Shown in pieces: positions 1 to 11,082 of a DNA stretch of 64,000 bases. Location: NCBI GenBank assembly GCA_047495785.1, contig JBLDXI010000029.1, positions 1,054,001-1,118,000 of the forward strand, given 5' to 3'. This DNA comes from Lepidodermella squamata (Eukaryota; Animalia; Gastrotricha). The notes beneath the pieces were generated by a model that did no database searches, was not told where the DNA came from, and worked only from the letters and a program-made list of their open reading frames with translations. The translations under genes were made by a program, and so were the position numbers. The number at the start of each line of letters is the position of its first letter. The stretch's first letter is position 1.

Positions 1-1339
1 AAGTTGGCAGTTGAGCTTATCAGCCTTCGAAAAATTGTTGCTTGTTGTTGGCTCGGAAGAAATTGATCTGGAAACAAATATTTAGGAAATTAATTCACTG
101 AGAAATACTTGCAAGGATTACAACACAAAATACTGTTTTTTGCCTGACCTCCTCTCCTCTGTATTTTGTACAGGCTCGTCTTGAAATTATCGCCGAATAA
201 AATGAGATGATAATATGAGAAAATTTTCAAATCGGTGGCTATCTAGTTTTTCGGCGCCGATTTTGCACGTGGATTTCTGATTTTTCTGATTGCGCCGCCG
301 TGGTCTTATTATTGCGATGAATTGTTGTAAAAAACGAACCATCATCATCACGTTTAGTTTGTCTGTTTTTTCTCTTTTTTTCGCTCGCTCGCTCGCTCGC
401 TCTCATGACTTCGACGACAAGAGGCCGGATGGAAATATGGCCGGCCTTGTTATCTGTGTGTTTATTGTTTTCGCTCTTTGACTGACTCGACTGTTCGGTT
501 TTTTCGCGCTGTACATACTGTCGGTCGTTATTCTACGATATATTATTATTAATTAATATTATTATTACTATTGCTATTATGATACCTTGTCTCGCAACGC
601 TGCGTTGGAGAAATCACGATGAACGTGAACGATACTGGCAGAGAAAAATAAAAAAACGCGTTTCTCATTTTGGTCGAGTTTTTATCCGATTTGGGGTTTC
701 GAGCTGAACTGGTTCCCGATTTAAGAGGAAGCTGAATCGAGCAAGCTGAATCGATTAATATTCATCCGAGTGCCTAAAAGCAATGTTTTTGACTTCGGGG
801 TTTTGACCGAAGGAAAAAGTATAAATTTGGCATTTTTTTACGCAATTCAAAGAACCTGATAAGAGCCAAATTTTACCTGGCGTTAGCCATGCCTAAGAGC
901 TGCCTGTGGTAGAAAAATTAGCCCTCCAGGGTTACCCATTCATGTGTTTTCAAAACTCAAAGCTTGCACTTAAATATTGCGCTACAAGTACCTAGGTAAT
1001 CAGCCAGATCTCTCAGAATACGACAAATGTAAAGCAGATGAAGTTATTCTTCTGAACTTCTGAACTTCAATTCGTTGAACATAAGAATGAAACAGCACCA
1101 AGATGAATGTTAATGTTCCAAAAACATCGTCCTGCTCGCTTCAAGTGTAGAGCTCAATTCGAGCTACTAGGGTTCGATTTCGATATTACTATCGGTGTCG
1201 GTGTAATATAAGTTTATTTGCAATTTCGAAGTTATTTGTGGCAGATTATACGGGGTTATATTGCTCTGAAAATGTCGAGAAAAATAAATTTATCGTGTTC
1301 ACCTATTGCGCCGCTTTCTGGAACCGCCGATATTTTGTC

Positions 1340-1472
1340 ATACAGTTCACGGGAAGAACAATCTCAGCACGCCGACCGATGTTACCTCGCATACCTCGAA
1401 GCGTTAAGCAAGCTTTTTGATGAAAACAAAGCTAAATACGGCTAAGAACAGTTTCCGTTGATATTTTGTTGA
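1340..1472 (+). pseudogene. Possible DGAT2/MOGAT-like C-terminal fragment
   Basis: Translation ...DRCYLAYLEALSKLFDENKAKYG*EQFPLIFC* resembles the acyltransferase C-terminal motif Y...L..LFe.hK.kYG. It has an internal stop and no recognisable upstream exons. Confidence 0.35.
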
Positions 1473-1659
1473 ACTAAGCTTTTCGAGTCATACAGAGAAT
1501 TTGCTGATTTTCTTGGAAACAAAATTAAAACAAAATGAAAGCAATCATTTGCGTTATTCAAGATTAATTATAAATTCAGCTCGGAATTCCTTTGTTAGTT
1601 TCAGTTCAGTTTCAGCATAGTTCAGTTCGTAAGAAGTTCCTGATTTAGTCTGCTCGTCC

Positions 1660-3681
1660 TCATCGGCGGCTCTCCGCAGATGGAGGAGGGCGGAACATTC
1701 CTCCCGTCAACTGATTACTAGCTCGCGAGTTTGTCGAAGCAGCAGACATTGCCCACGCAGGCGGTCTTGATTGTTGCTGTGACGTAGCACTCGCAACAGC
1801 CTCTGGGCCCCGAATAGCAGAAGGAGGCATTTCCTGACCCGCGTTACTGATCACAGACATGGGGCGGAACATCATGCTCGGCGCGTCGTGATGACTGCTC
1901 GGCAACCGCACCTGCTGATCATTTGACTGAAGAAGTGATGTGTTACTGGTGGGCAATGGGGTTGCAGCGACCATGACCGGGCGCGAAAAGTTATTATGGG
2001 TAACCGGAGCATACCAACCAGCGCCCATCATAGGCATGAATCCAGAATCGTCAGGATAATCCATGCGGGTTCGGAAGTTATCGTTATCACCATCGCTAGT
2101 TGATGACGAACTACTCCCACTCGCGTCACTCTCTTGTTCTCCATCTTCGTCGCCCGTCTTCTTTTGGCTAAAACAAAATCAATGGTGTATTTAGTAGCGC
2201 AATATGGCTTCTAAAGTACCTTCTAAACACCCGGGTCATCTCAATGACTCGCTCACGAATGTTCTCTTGGATCATGCGAAGGCACATGGCTAGGATTGCC
2301 ATTCCGAACACAATGTAGAACCATAGGAGGCCAACTTTGAGAGAACTGAACCGCTCAGTGTTCGTACCAACGAAACCAGGTACTAGATCGCCAAACCCAA
2401 TTGTCGCAACGGTTATGAACTGTTAAAAATACGTTTCAGAAATATAGCCAATAGGCCCTTTCGCCTTACTGAAAAGTAAACAGCATCGACGAAACTCCAC
2501 GCTTCCGTCACTGAAAATATTGATGCCCCCATTATGATGACACTGGTCGGATTCATAAGAATAAGTCATGAATTCAGCGAAAATTGAAGGCGTAATACCT
2601 GACAAGAATAAGCAGTGAAACCGAAACGGGTACATGCGTTTGTTCGCGCAACTCGCGCTCTGCGTCTTCCTCCGAAGAATCACCGCCAGAATCCTCCTCA
2701 AGAGCATCAATGAATGCAGCATTTGGCGCATCGGGTTGCAATCGCCACTGCGCCAACATGCGAGCTCTCATCTCGCGGCGGTGGTCACCATTGATCTTAC
2801 TTGCTCGCCAAAGCTCACAACAACAAATCTAACAATGAATAATCAGTAACGCTCAAGATTTTATGAATATATCGAAAAGTTACATTGTGATAAGCGTAGT
2901 GAGTGACTTCTGATAGAAAGGACCCAATGTTTGCCATCGCAGCCAGATAGATGGGCAGTCCGATGACGGCGTAAGCCATGAAAACTAGCTGGCCCCAGAA
3001 CGTGGACGGTGTGATATGGCCGTAGCCAATCGAAGTAACGACAGTCACGCAGAAGAACGTCGAGCTGAGGAAATTCCAATCCGATATTACATTTTCGCAA
3101 TCTTGGCCTTGCCATGACGAGTTCACGTAAGACCCAGTGACCAGTTGATGCAGCGTTTCGTTGTATTGGATTCTCCGCTCGTCAGGCGATAGCTGGAAGT
3201 TGGCTGCAATCGCGGCTACGGCCTCAATAGCACTTTCCCTTGATTTGTAGTACTTTTCACGGTTCTTTGACATGGAATAATATGAAAGGATTCTATATCA
3301 ATTAGACTGAACTCATACCGACTTGCAAGTCTGCAATTCGTTGAAGCTCTCAATAGATTCCATCATCCAGCCGCCCATCAGGCAGAACAAAACTGACATA
3401 AGAAGAGGTCCTAGTGTTGAAGCAACACCGGTAAGCAAGGCTTTCCGGCGCTCCAGTCTCCATTTCCGCACAATGAAACCATCGTCGAGAAAGAACGCCG
3501 CCGTTTCTTCGTCCACGACTGGCTTGAAGTCGGCCTTAGTTTTATTTGTCAACACGCCGTACTCATCATAAGCTGGGTCATCCTCTATGAACATGGTATC
3601 TTCCTCGAGGTGCCGATCATCGTCATGTCGTAAGTGAGCGTTGGCTTCTCCAGAGCCAACGAATTTCAAACCTGACGCCAT
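1660..3681 (-). CDS. Two-pore-domain potassium channel (K2P/KCNK, TWIK/TREK-like), multi-exon
   Basis: Pore 1 is WNFLSSTFFCVTVVTSIGYGHITP (about 3010-3080); pore 2 is FITVATIGFGDLVP (about 2380-2420). TM segments are present, with ~50-nt GT-AG introns. ATG at 3681, stop at 1660. Confidence 0.9.
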
Positions 3682-4071
3682 TTGCTGAAAGCTTGAATTA
3701 GCGGCTAAGCCCTCGAATATCAAATGATCAAGTGTTGTGTGCCTCTAGTCGGTCTTGCTTGGTGATGCTTTTGTCTTGCAACTCATCAATTATTGCGCAG
3801 TCAGCCTGCTTTGATTCACTGCTCATTGTGTTGTTTTTTCAAATATGTTGGTGTAGCGTTTCAGATATTCAACAATAGAATACTTTATAAGGCCTGCTGC
3901 TGTCTGACATGCACAGGCACTACAACCATCCGGCCTCCTCGGTGTTGCCAAGTGGATAAATAATAGATAATCGTTACAGCTTTCGATGGCTGAAATCTTG
4001 GACAACATCCATTCAAAGGCACCCAACAGCTTCACTGGAGCAATGTTCTATCGATCCAATGTATCACCTAA

Positions 4072-4153
4072 GCTGCTATGCCCGAGTGGTTAAGGGGTCT
4101 GACTTGAAATCAGATGCGGTCTCCGCGCGTAGGTTCAAATCCTACTGGCAGCG
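4072..4153 (+). tRNA. tRNA-Ser(TGA)
   Basis: 82-nt cloverleaf with long variable arm, anticodon arm TCTGA-CTTGAAA-TCAGA, GGTTCAAATCC T-arm and a downstream T-run. Confidence 0.95.
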
Positions 4154-5409
4154 AAATTTTTGCAGTCAAATTCGACCCCAGAAACGAATAACGAACTAGA
4201 TGAAAACCTGGTTTATTTTCAATTATTTTGCCTCTGTCGCTATTCGGCGCATTGATGACTAACGTTGAGACTTCATTTTAATTTATATAGTTCGGGCGTT
4301 CTTTTGCGGCCGAAATTATTACAAGACTGGCTTGAGTCAACGATCAACGATGCAAATTCACAATGCAAAATTAATTTTTCTATTTTTAAATTTGGTCAGA
4401 TTCGGGCGAAATGATTGCCCGAAGATTCCAAGTCGATCATAAATTATATTGCTCGTGGTTTGGCCGTGAGATTTGATTCAATATGAGTTTGGGATCCTCA
4501 GATCAAGGTGACTAATGATGACAATAATGATAATAAGTAATGTGTCTGTAGAATAACTTCTGCCGGTCCGTGTATAATATCTTAGTGACTAAAACAGGTG
4601 ACTAATACAGCGCCCGGATAGACTCTTTACCTCATTTGGAGGATTAAATCTGCGTGAAATATTGGGAAAAAAATAAGAAATAAATCGCAAAAGAAGGGCG
4701 CCGGCCTCAAAGCTCCTGGGAGCCAAGGCCCACGGCACCGCTGGTGGAGGCGTTATGGAAGGGAGAGAGAGGAGGTCTGGAGCTAAACTACCGCTAGGCA
4801 CTGGTGGCGCACTGGTTGGTAGCCTAGAAGACACAGCATACACCCATGAGTTAGAGCCAAAGCTTACTGGTCGCCGAGCGTTCGGTCGTTCGATCGATCG
4901 GTGGATCGTCGCGCGACGTGCTGCGGCACCGCTACTCGATTGAGCGACAGCGCGAAGAGACCTACAACGACAAGACACACAAAGGCTGGGGGATCGGCCG
5001 GTCGGAGGAGACAGCGATCAACTCGCAGCTAATCTTGAAAGGGTACTCACGCGTTGTCCGCCTCCACAATGCTCACCAGCAAATTCCGACTTTTGAACAC
5101 GAACCAAAGTCGGATGTTTCAAATTCCGTTAATTAATCAATTTTTGCGCGGGATTAATACGATTAAATTACCTCAAAATGAGACTACAACATTTTGAGAC
5201 TGAGTCATGATGGTGGCAGACATTGCTGTCGACAAATCAATCTATACACATGCATTAAGCGCTCAGTATAAGGCGACCAAAGTGTGCATATTCAAATTAA
5301 GCATGCATTGGCTCTAAGAAAATGAAGTTAAGTTTTGCCGCCACAATCAACTAATTCTTAATTGTATATAATACAAATACAAGGAGTTGATAGCCCTGTT
5401 TGTTCAACT

Positions 5410-5482
5410 GCCTTCCTAGCTCAGTCGGTAGAGCATGTGACTTTTAATCACAGGGTCGGGGGTTCGAGTCCCCCGGAGGGCG
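5410..5482 (+). tRNA. tRNA-Lys(TTT)
   Basis: 73-nt cloverleaf with anticodon loop CTTTTAA, A and B boxes, and a T-run terminator. Confidence 0.95.
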
Positions 5483-5556
5483 CATCATTTTTTTCATCGT
5501 TCCATTTTCGATCGCATTATTCTACAGTCAAGTAGTGCTATTAAACAAACATGCAC

Positions 5557-5628
5557 TCCCTGATGGTCTAGTGGTTAGGATTCCGCGCTTTCACCGCAGC
5601 GGCCCGGGTTCGATTCCCGGTGAGGGAA
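5557..5628 (+). tRNA. tRNA-Glu(TTC), possibly degenerate
   Basis: TCCCTGA...TGAGGGAA with anticodon loop CTTTCAC. One G.G mismatch in the acceptor stem and one C.A mismatch in the anticodon stem. Confidence 0.85.
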
Positions 5629-5777
5629 CTATTTTTTAAATATTTGAAACATCTATACGAGTTGTGATTTGCCAAACGAAATGAAGCTTTTATTATGCAA
5701 CTCAATTATTAGCTAGCAGAATTGGTAGATTGAATCCTTGTGTCGCAATTATCAAAGAAATGTTAATTCAGCAGGTT

Positions 5778-6721
5778 AAAGGAATTACATCTGGTTTTCA
5801 TTGATTTAGAAAAGGCCTATGATTTGGGCGACCGAAAAAAGGTATGGGAAACTCCCGAAGAAATGAAGGTTGACCCTGAATTGATATTAGCCATTAAGAG
5901 TCTTTACGTAAAAAATGAGGTAGCAGTAAAAATCGATGGGAATATATCAGAATTTTTCTACGTGAATAGAGGCCTCAGACAAGGATGCCCTTTAGGTATC
6001 TCCACTCCTTTTTATAACCACTTTCAATAAAATCTGTGAGAAAGTCGCAAATGAAAAGGCCGGCTTTCCGTTGGGGAAACATTTTCTTAATATTTTGGCT
6101 TTCGCCGATGATGGAACGCTGTTAGGCATGAACCACAAAGAAATTAAGTTGTTATTAGGAATTTTCGACGCGGCTTGTAAAGAAGTGGGTCTCAAAATTA
6201 ACGCGGCGAAGACTCAATATATGATTATAGGTGGTGACCCAAAGAAAAATGAAAAATATAATTTACAATTAGAGGCTTGCAATCGTGAAAAAGTAAGCGC
6301 GTTCAAGTATCTAGGTAGCATTATAACTGATGATGGCAAAATCGGCGAGGAACTTAAAGCGCGCATTGCGAAAGCAGGTACATAGTTGCTTTGGTGCGAT
6401 AAGTAAATTTATGTGCAACCGAAATCATGTCTCAAGAACTGACGGGTCCCGTAAAGATGGTAGCAATATAACCGAAATTATCGAAATAACTGTTGACTGG
6501 ACATTGACCGAAACAACTGCACTAGATCGAGACGAATGGCGTAAAGTTGTCGAGACTTTTGAATTTTGAATTTTACAACAAAAGCAAGATACTTTCGGAC
6601 GTGAGGGCGGGTGGCTGATTCGTTTGGCTTGCTTTGCCTTCGCCTTCCTCAAAACCCGAAAGGGTATAGACACTCAGTCGCGGGGAAGAGAAACAAATAA
6701 ATCATTTTCATTTTCAATTCA
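5778..6721 (+). mobile_element. Degenerate 5'-truncated RTE-like LINE
   Basis: KELHLVFIDLEKAYD, RGLRQGCPL, LAFADD and KYLGS motifs with frameshifts and an internal deletion. Homologous to the LINE at 8688-10560. Ends in a (CATTTT)-like tail. Confidence 0.9.
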
Positions 6722-6724
6722 TCA

Positions 6725-6950
6725 GCGATGGCAAAATCCTTAGCTTCGATGACAACTAACTCGCAAATGTTGTCAACGCCAGGATACCGAAAGCAGCGTA
6801 CAAGAAAGCAAGTTGGATATTCATCTTGGCCAAGTTCGCTCGAAGAAATCTGCTAATATTATTAGACTTAAAGATGGTCGAATGATGCGTGCCACCAAAC
6901 TTCTTCTCCGCTTTGACAATATATCTGCCCGCAGCGCGAATTTTATAATT
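6725..6950 (-). pseudogene. Truncated Ly6/three-finger paralog (upstream region and exon 1 only)
   Basis: Exon 1 (MNIQLAFLYAAFGILALTTFA) is identical to that of the gene at 7330. It is cut off at the LINE tail. Confidence 0.8.
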
Positions 6951-7329
6951 AGGCCGACTTGTTGGGAGACAGTACTGAAGGTTGATTGTTGTCAGATTTT
7001 TAACGGCGTTGTGTTAACAAAAAATTGACAAATGAAGATTCAATTTAAAATAAACATAAGTATACATGCTGAAGAGTGGTAAATCTCCCCCAAACTGATC
7101 TAATTATAAACTCGTCGCAGCGGGTGGTTATCAAAGCGGAGATGAATTCTTCGTGCACACTTCGTGTGGCGCGAAATAAACTGCCCTATAGCATCAGTTT
7201 GTATAGGCAATTAGATCAGTTTGGGGGAGAGTTACCACTCTTCAGCATGTATAATTATGTTTATTTTAAATTGAATCTTCATTTGTCAATTTTTTGTTTA
7301 GCAGATTTCTTCGAGCGAACTTGGCCAAG

Positions 7330-7836
7330 ATGAATATCCAACTTGCTTTCTTGTACGCTGCTTTCGGTATCCTGGCGTTGACAACATTTGCGAGTTAGTT
7401 GTCATCGAAGCTAAGGATTCTTCATCGATTTACATTTTTATTGCGATTAGATGCCATCACTTGCTACCAAGGCTATGGTACCACGACAGCTAGCCTAAGC
7501 TATTGCGGCAATTATTCAGTGTATTATTGCATTGTACGTTTTTGCTGGAATTATAATGAAGGGCAGGGGCATAATTTGTGTATCAACATATAATAGAAAA
7601 TAGTCGTAACTAGCGGATTGTTTAGCACCGAGACTTACCGTACATGCGGCTCAAGCGTCTGCAACCCCGTTTATTTGTGTACTGGCGGATATTGTGGGAA
7701 CGCTTACTGCTGTTCCTACAGTTACTGCAACAGTGGCAGGAAGATCGCATCAGCCAGCATGCATGGAATTTACGGAGTTGTTCTGGTACTTTCCGTAGCC
7801 AGCTACCTTGCTGTTGGATGGCGGCATCGGCACTAA
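7330..7836 (+). CDS. Ly6/uPAR (three-finger) GPI-anchored protein, copy A, 3 exons
   Basis: Signal peptide, ITCY...C...C...CCxxxxCN with 10 Cys, and a hydrophobic C-terminal GPI-type signal. Two GT-AG introns. Confidence 0.85.
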
Positions 7837-8300
7837 TTGAAATGCTCCTATTGCAATGACCAAACTGGATTATACACCGCAGCATAACAGCATATCATTG
7901 ATTAAAAGATGCACATATGAATTTATTAATAGAATTTGCCTGATAAAAAGGCCATTCGAAAGATAGTACTGTAAAAGATAACACAGGGCTTTCTCTTCAA
8001 GGTAATGAAAGGATTCACGATTCACGGAAAGATGAGACGATGCTGAAATCCGGCTTCACTTTTTTATTGTTCTTATAATACAGTTTATTTTATTGGTGTG
8101 CTAATAAATCGAATCGGCCTTGATACTTTGCTCGGAATTCAGATGCGCATTTTCCATTTTCCGATGAATCCACAGAATTTTCCAATTCGTTTTGTTCCAG
8201 GAGAATTGAGTCACATTACAGCATGTCAATAGGGATTATTTTCGAAACCGCGTTTATGGTCAAGTCGACTCTATCGATAAAGCGCAGTTGCAGTTCAGTT

Positions 8301-8612
8301 CTGATGGCTCTTGGTAACATTTACAGGCTAAGATTATACACAAACTATCATAATTTATATGTTTTACAGCCTTCACCGAGGCTGAGGCCGGCCGTGGCAA
8401 GCCGAATAAGGAAGTTTCCCGAAGCTTCTCGTACAGCGTCTCGAAGAGCGGCTCGCACAAGAAGAACAAGCGGCCGGCGAAGAACTTCGGCAAGAAGTTC
8501 GTCTCGAAGCGCAACAAGCGCCGCTGCTCGTACTCGAAGTCGGTGTCCGCGTCGGTGTCCGCCCGCACCAACCCGCAAGGTGTCCAACAAGAAGTTCATG
8601 CGCGTGCACCAG
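8301..8612 (+). pseudogene. Truncated, frameshifted paralog of the cationic secreted protein at 13341
   Basis: Near-identical exon 2 start and the same intron position. It has an 8-nt deletion near 8572, has lost the signal peptide, and homology ends about 75 nt before the LINE tail. Confidence 0.85.
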
Positions 8613-8687
8613 AATAAAGAATGGCAAGAAATAATAAAGGCTTTGTATCAGTGCACTGTGTTTCAAACGAGCAATTAGTGGAAAAGA

Positions 8688-10560
8688 TAATAATAATAAT
8701 AATAATAATGTTTTTATTTATCCTCTTCGGGACTGAGCGTCGTGTACCGTTTCCGGTTTTGAAGAGGGCGAAGGCAGGCGAAGAATGATCCTCACCCACC
8801 CCCACAGTCGAGGATTCTGCTTTTTGTATAGAATTCGTAATTTTCAATCGAGTTAACAACCATGCGCCATTCATCTTTTTCAAAAGAAACCGATTCCGCT
8901 AGTTGGACATCGGGAATAATTTTGATCTCAAAATCCTTTTCGCCGGGATTTTTTCTATTTTCTCGTTTCTTAGTGGCTTTATTTTTCTTATCCTTGACCT
9001 TATTGTTCTTATTGGTTTTCTTTTTCCGGCGAATTTCCTTAGTAAGACCTACTTTAATTAGGCTTCTATGCACTCCGTTGATCCATCTGGTTCGAGGTCT
9101 ACCTCTGGGTGCAAACCACCCAAGCGGAGGCGTCCAAATATATATTTTGTGTATTAGTCCTTCTACGTCATAGTCACGTGACCTAATTATGTGCCCTAGA
9201 TACCTTAGCCTTTGTTTTTCAACAATGCGGCTCACTTCAATGAGACCTCCGCATAACGCAAGTCGAATGTCTATATTTGGAATATAGTCCATTAGGTGGA
9301 CACCTACTATAGATCGAAGCCATCGATATTCTATAGTGTTTAGTCTATTTTCTTGGGCTATCGATATGTTCCACGATTCGCAGGCGTAAATGATGGTAGG
9401 TATTATAACACATGTCAGTACCTTAAGTTTTGTAGCTATGGAAACCTGACTTTTGTTGCACATGAATTTATTCATGGCGCCGAAAACACTGCCTGCCTTA
9501 GAAATTCTGTAGTTTAGTTCCTCATCGATTTTGCCGTCACTGGTAATAATGCTCCCTGAATATTTAAATTTGGTCACTTTTTCAAGTTTTTTCCCGTTCA
9601 ATTCCAATTCGTAATTTTGAGTGGCTGACTCGTCTCTAGAAATAATCATATATTGAGTTTTTGCCGCGTTAATTTTCAGACCCAATTCGGTGCAAGCCAA
9701 ATCGAAAATGTGAAGTAGTCGTGAAATTTCGTCGTGGTTCATGCCTAAAAGTGTTCCGTCGTCAGCAAACGCTAGTAAATTTAGGAAATCAGTCTCGCTC
9801 ATAGCGGTCTCGCTGTTTGCGGTCTCGCTAATAGGAAAGCCTAATTTTTCAGCAGATATTTTTTCGCAAATTTTGTTGAAGGTCGCTATGAATAGTAAAG
9901 GAGACAACGGGCAACCCTGTCTTAGTCCCCTGGTAACATAGAAGAAATCTGAGAGCTCAGAATCGACTCTAACAGCAACTTTATTTACTTTATATAGACT
10001 TTGAATAGCTTCAATTAAGCTGGGTTCTACACCCATATTTTGGAGGGCGGCCCATACTTTTTCCCTGTCCACCAGATCATAGGCTTTTTCGAGATCGATG
10101 AAGACTAGGTGGAGTTCCTTCTTAAAGAATATAATTTTCTCAATAATTTGTCGGAGAACGTAAATGCAGTCTCTGGTGCCCTTGAGGGGTTGAAAACCAA
10201 ATTGCAGTTTAGAAATTTTTGACCCAATTAATGCTCTCAATTTTCGTTCGAGAATAATGGCATAGAGTTTTCCTACAACACTTAAGAGGCTGATGCCTCT
10301 GTAATTTTGGCATTTTGATTTCTCACCTTTATTTTTGTAAATTGGGGTAATTATAGCCGTTGACCATTCTTCTGGGACCCTCTTATCTATCCAAGCTCGA
10401 TTCAAAATTTCCCTGAGCCATTCAATATTGGCCTCGCTCAGAGCTTTGATCATTTCGGGTCTTACTTCATCTATACCCGGGGCTTTACCGTTTTTCATGT
10501 GGTCGATGGCATTTTTAATTTCGGTGAGTGGAAAAGAGGTTTCCAATAAAATTAATTTCG
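8688..10560 (-). mobile_element. 5'-truncated RTE-clade non-LTR retrotransposon with an open 584-aa RT ORF (8792-10546)
   Basis: KAPGID, NYRGISLLS, FIDLEKAYD, QGCPLSPLLF, FADD and RGRPRTRW motifs. AATAAA and an (ATT)n tail at 8688-8709. Confidence 0.95.
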
Positions 10561-11082
10561 AAGTTAGAGCTCAAATTCACTTTTCTAATAATGCGGGACA
10601 TCCAGAATTGGACATAATAAAAACTATTATTTACTGATTTTTGTCGATCGCCGATCGAACATTTGTGACCCTAAGGGTATATATTTTTATTCAACCCGAA
10701 TTTTCGGCTCGCCCACTTCTGAAGCTCATCTTGAAATGAAAATTTGGAGCTGTATAGAAGGCTTCATTGCCCTTCATAATAGTCACATAAGGTGGGCTTG
10801 TTGATCAAGAACCAGGTGGTTTTTAAGTTGAATGTCGCGTGCCAGAGGAATGAAATTTAGAACCTGAATGAAATCACCATTAGGCATGTAATTTCGATTA
10901 AACAGCAATGAGGATTTCTACATTGCTCTTCTATGCTGTATACTTCGTTGGTTCTGCTGCGTTTCGTGGACCCATAAACAATGATGTAACAATTTCTAGA
11001 CGTGAACTCGGCGAGCCTAGGTAAAACACCGAAAGCAATACAATATAATATCATTTCCGTTATGATTATTCATCTCGAACAG

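Noticed and set aside
1-70. Possible minus-strand exon at the window edge
   Set aside because: Too short to assign a frame or product.
872-960. TTACCTGG resembling the U1 snRNA 5' end
   Set aside because: The downstream sequence lacks U1 stems, loop motifs and an Sm site.
4072-4153. Possible selenocysteine or opal-suppressor tRNA
   Set aside because: The anticodon is TGA (reads TCA, Ser), not TCA.
4589-5136. GC-richer tract with ORFs after tRNA-Ser, and a similar tract at 14366-15000
   Set aside because: No recognisable motifs and no convincing similarity between the two. Possibly repeat remnants, but unsupported.
8700-8800. Hammerhead or HDV ribozyme in the LINE 3' structure
   Set aside because: The CUGAnGA core and the nested pseudoknot are absent on both strands.
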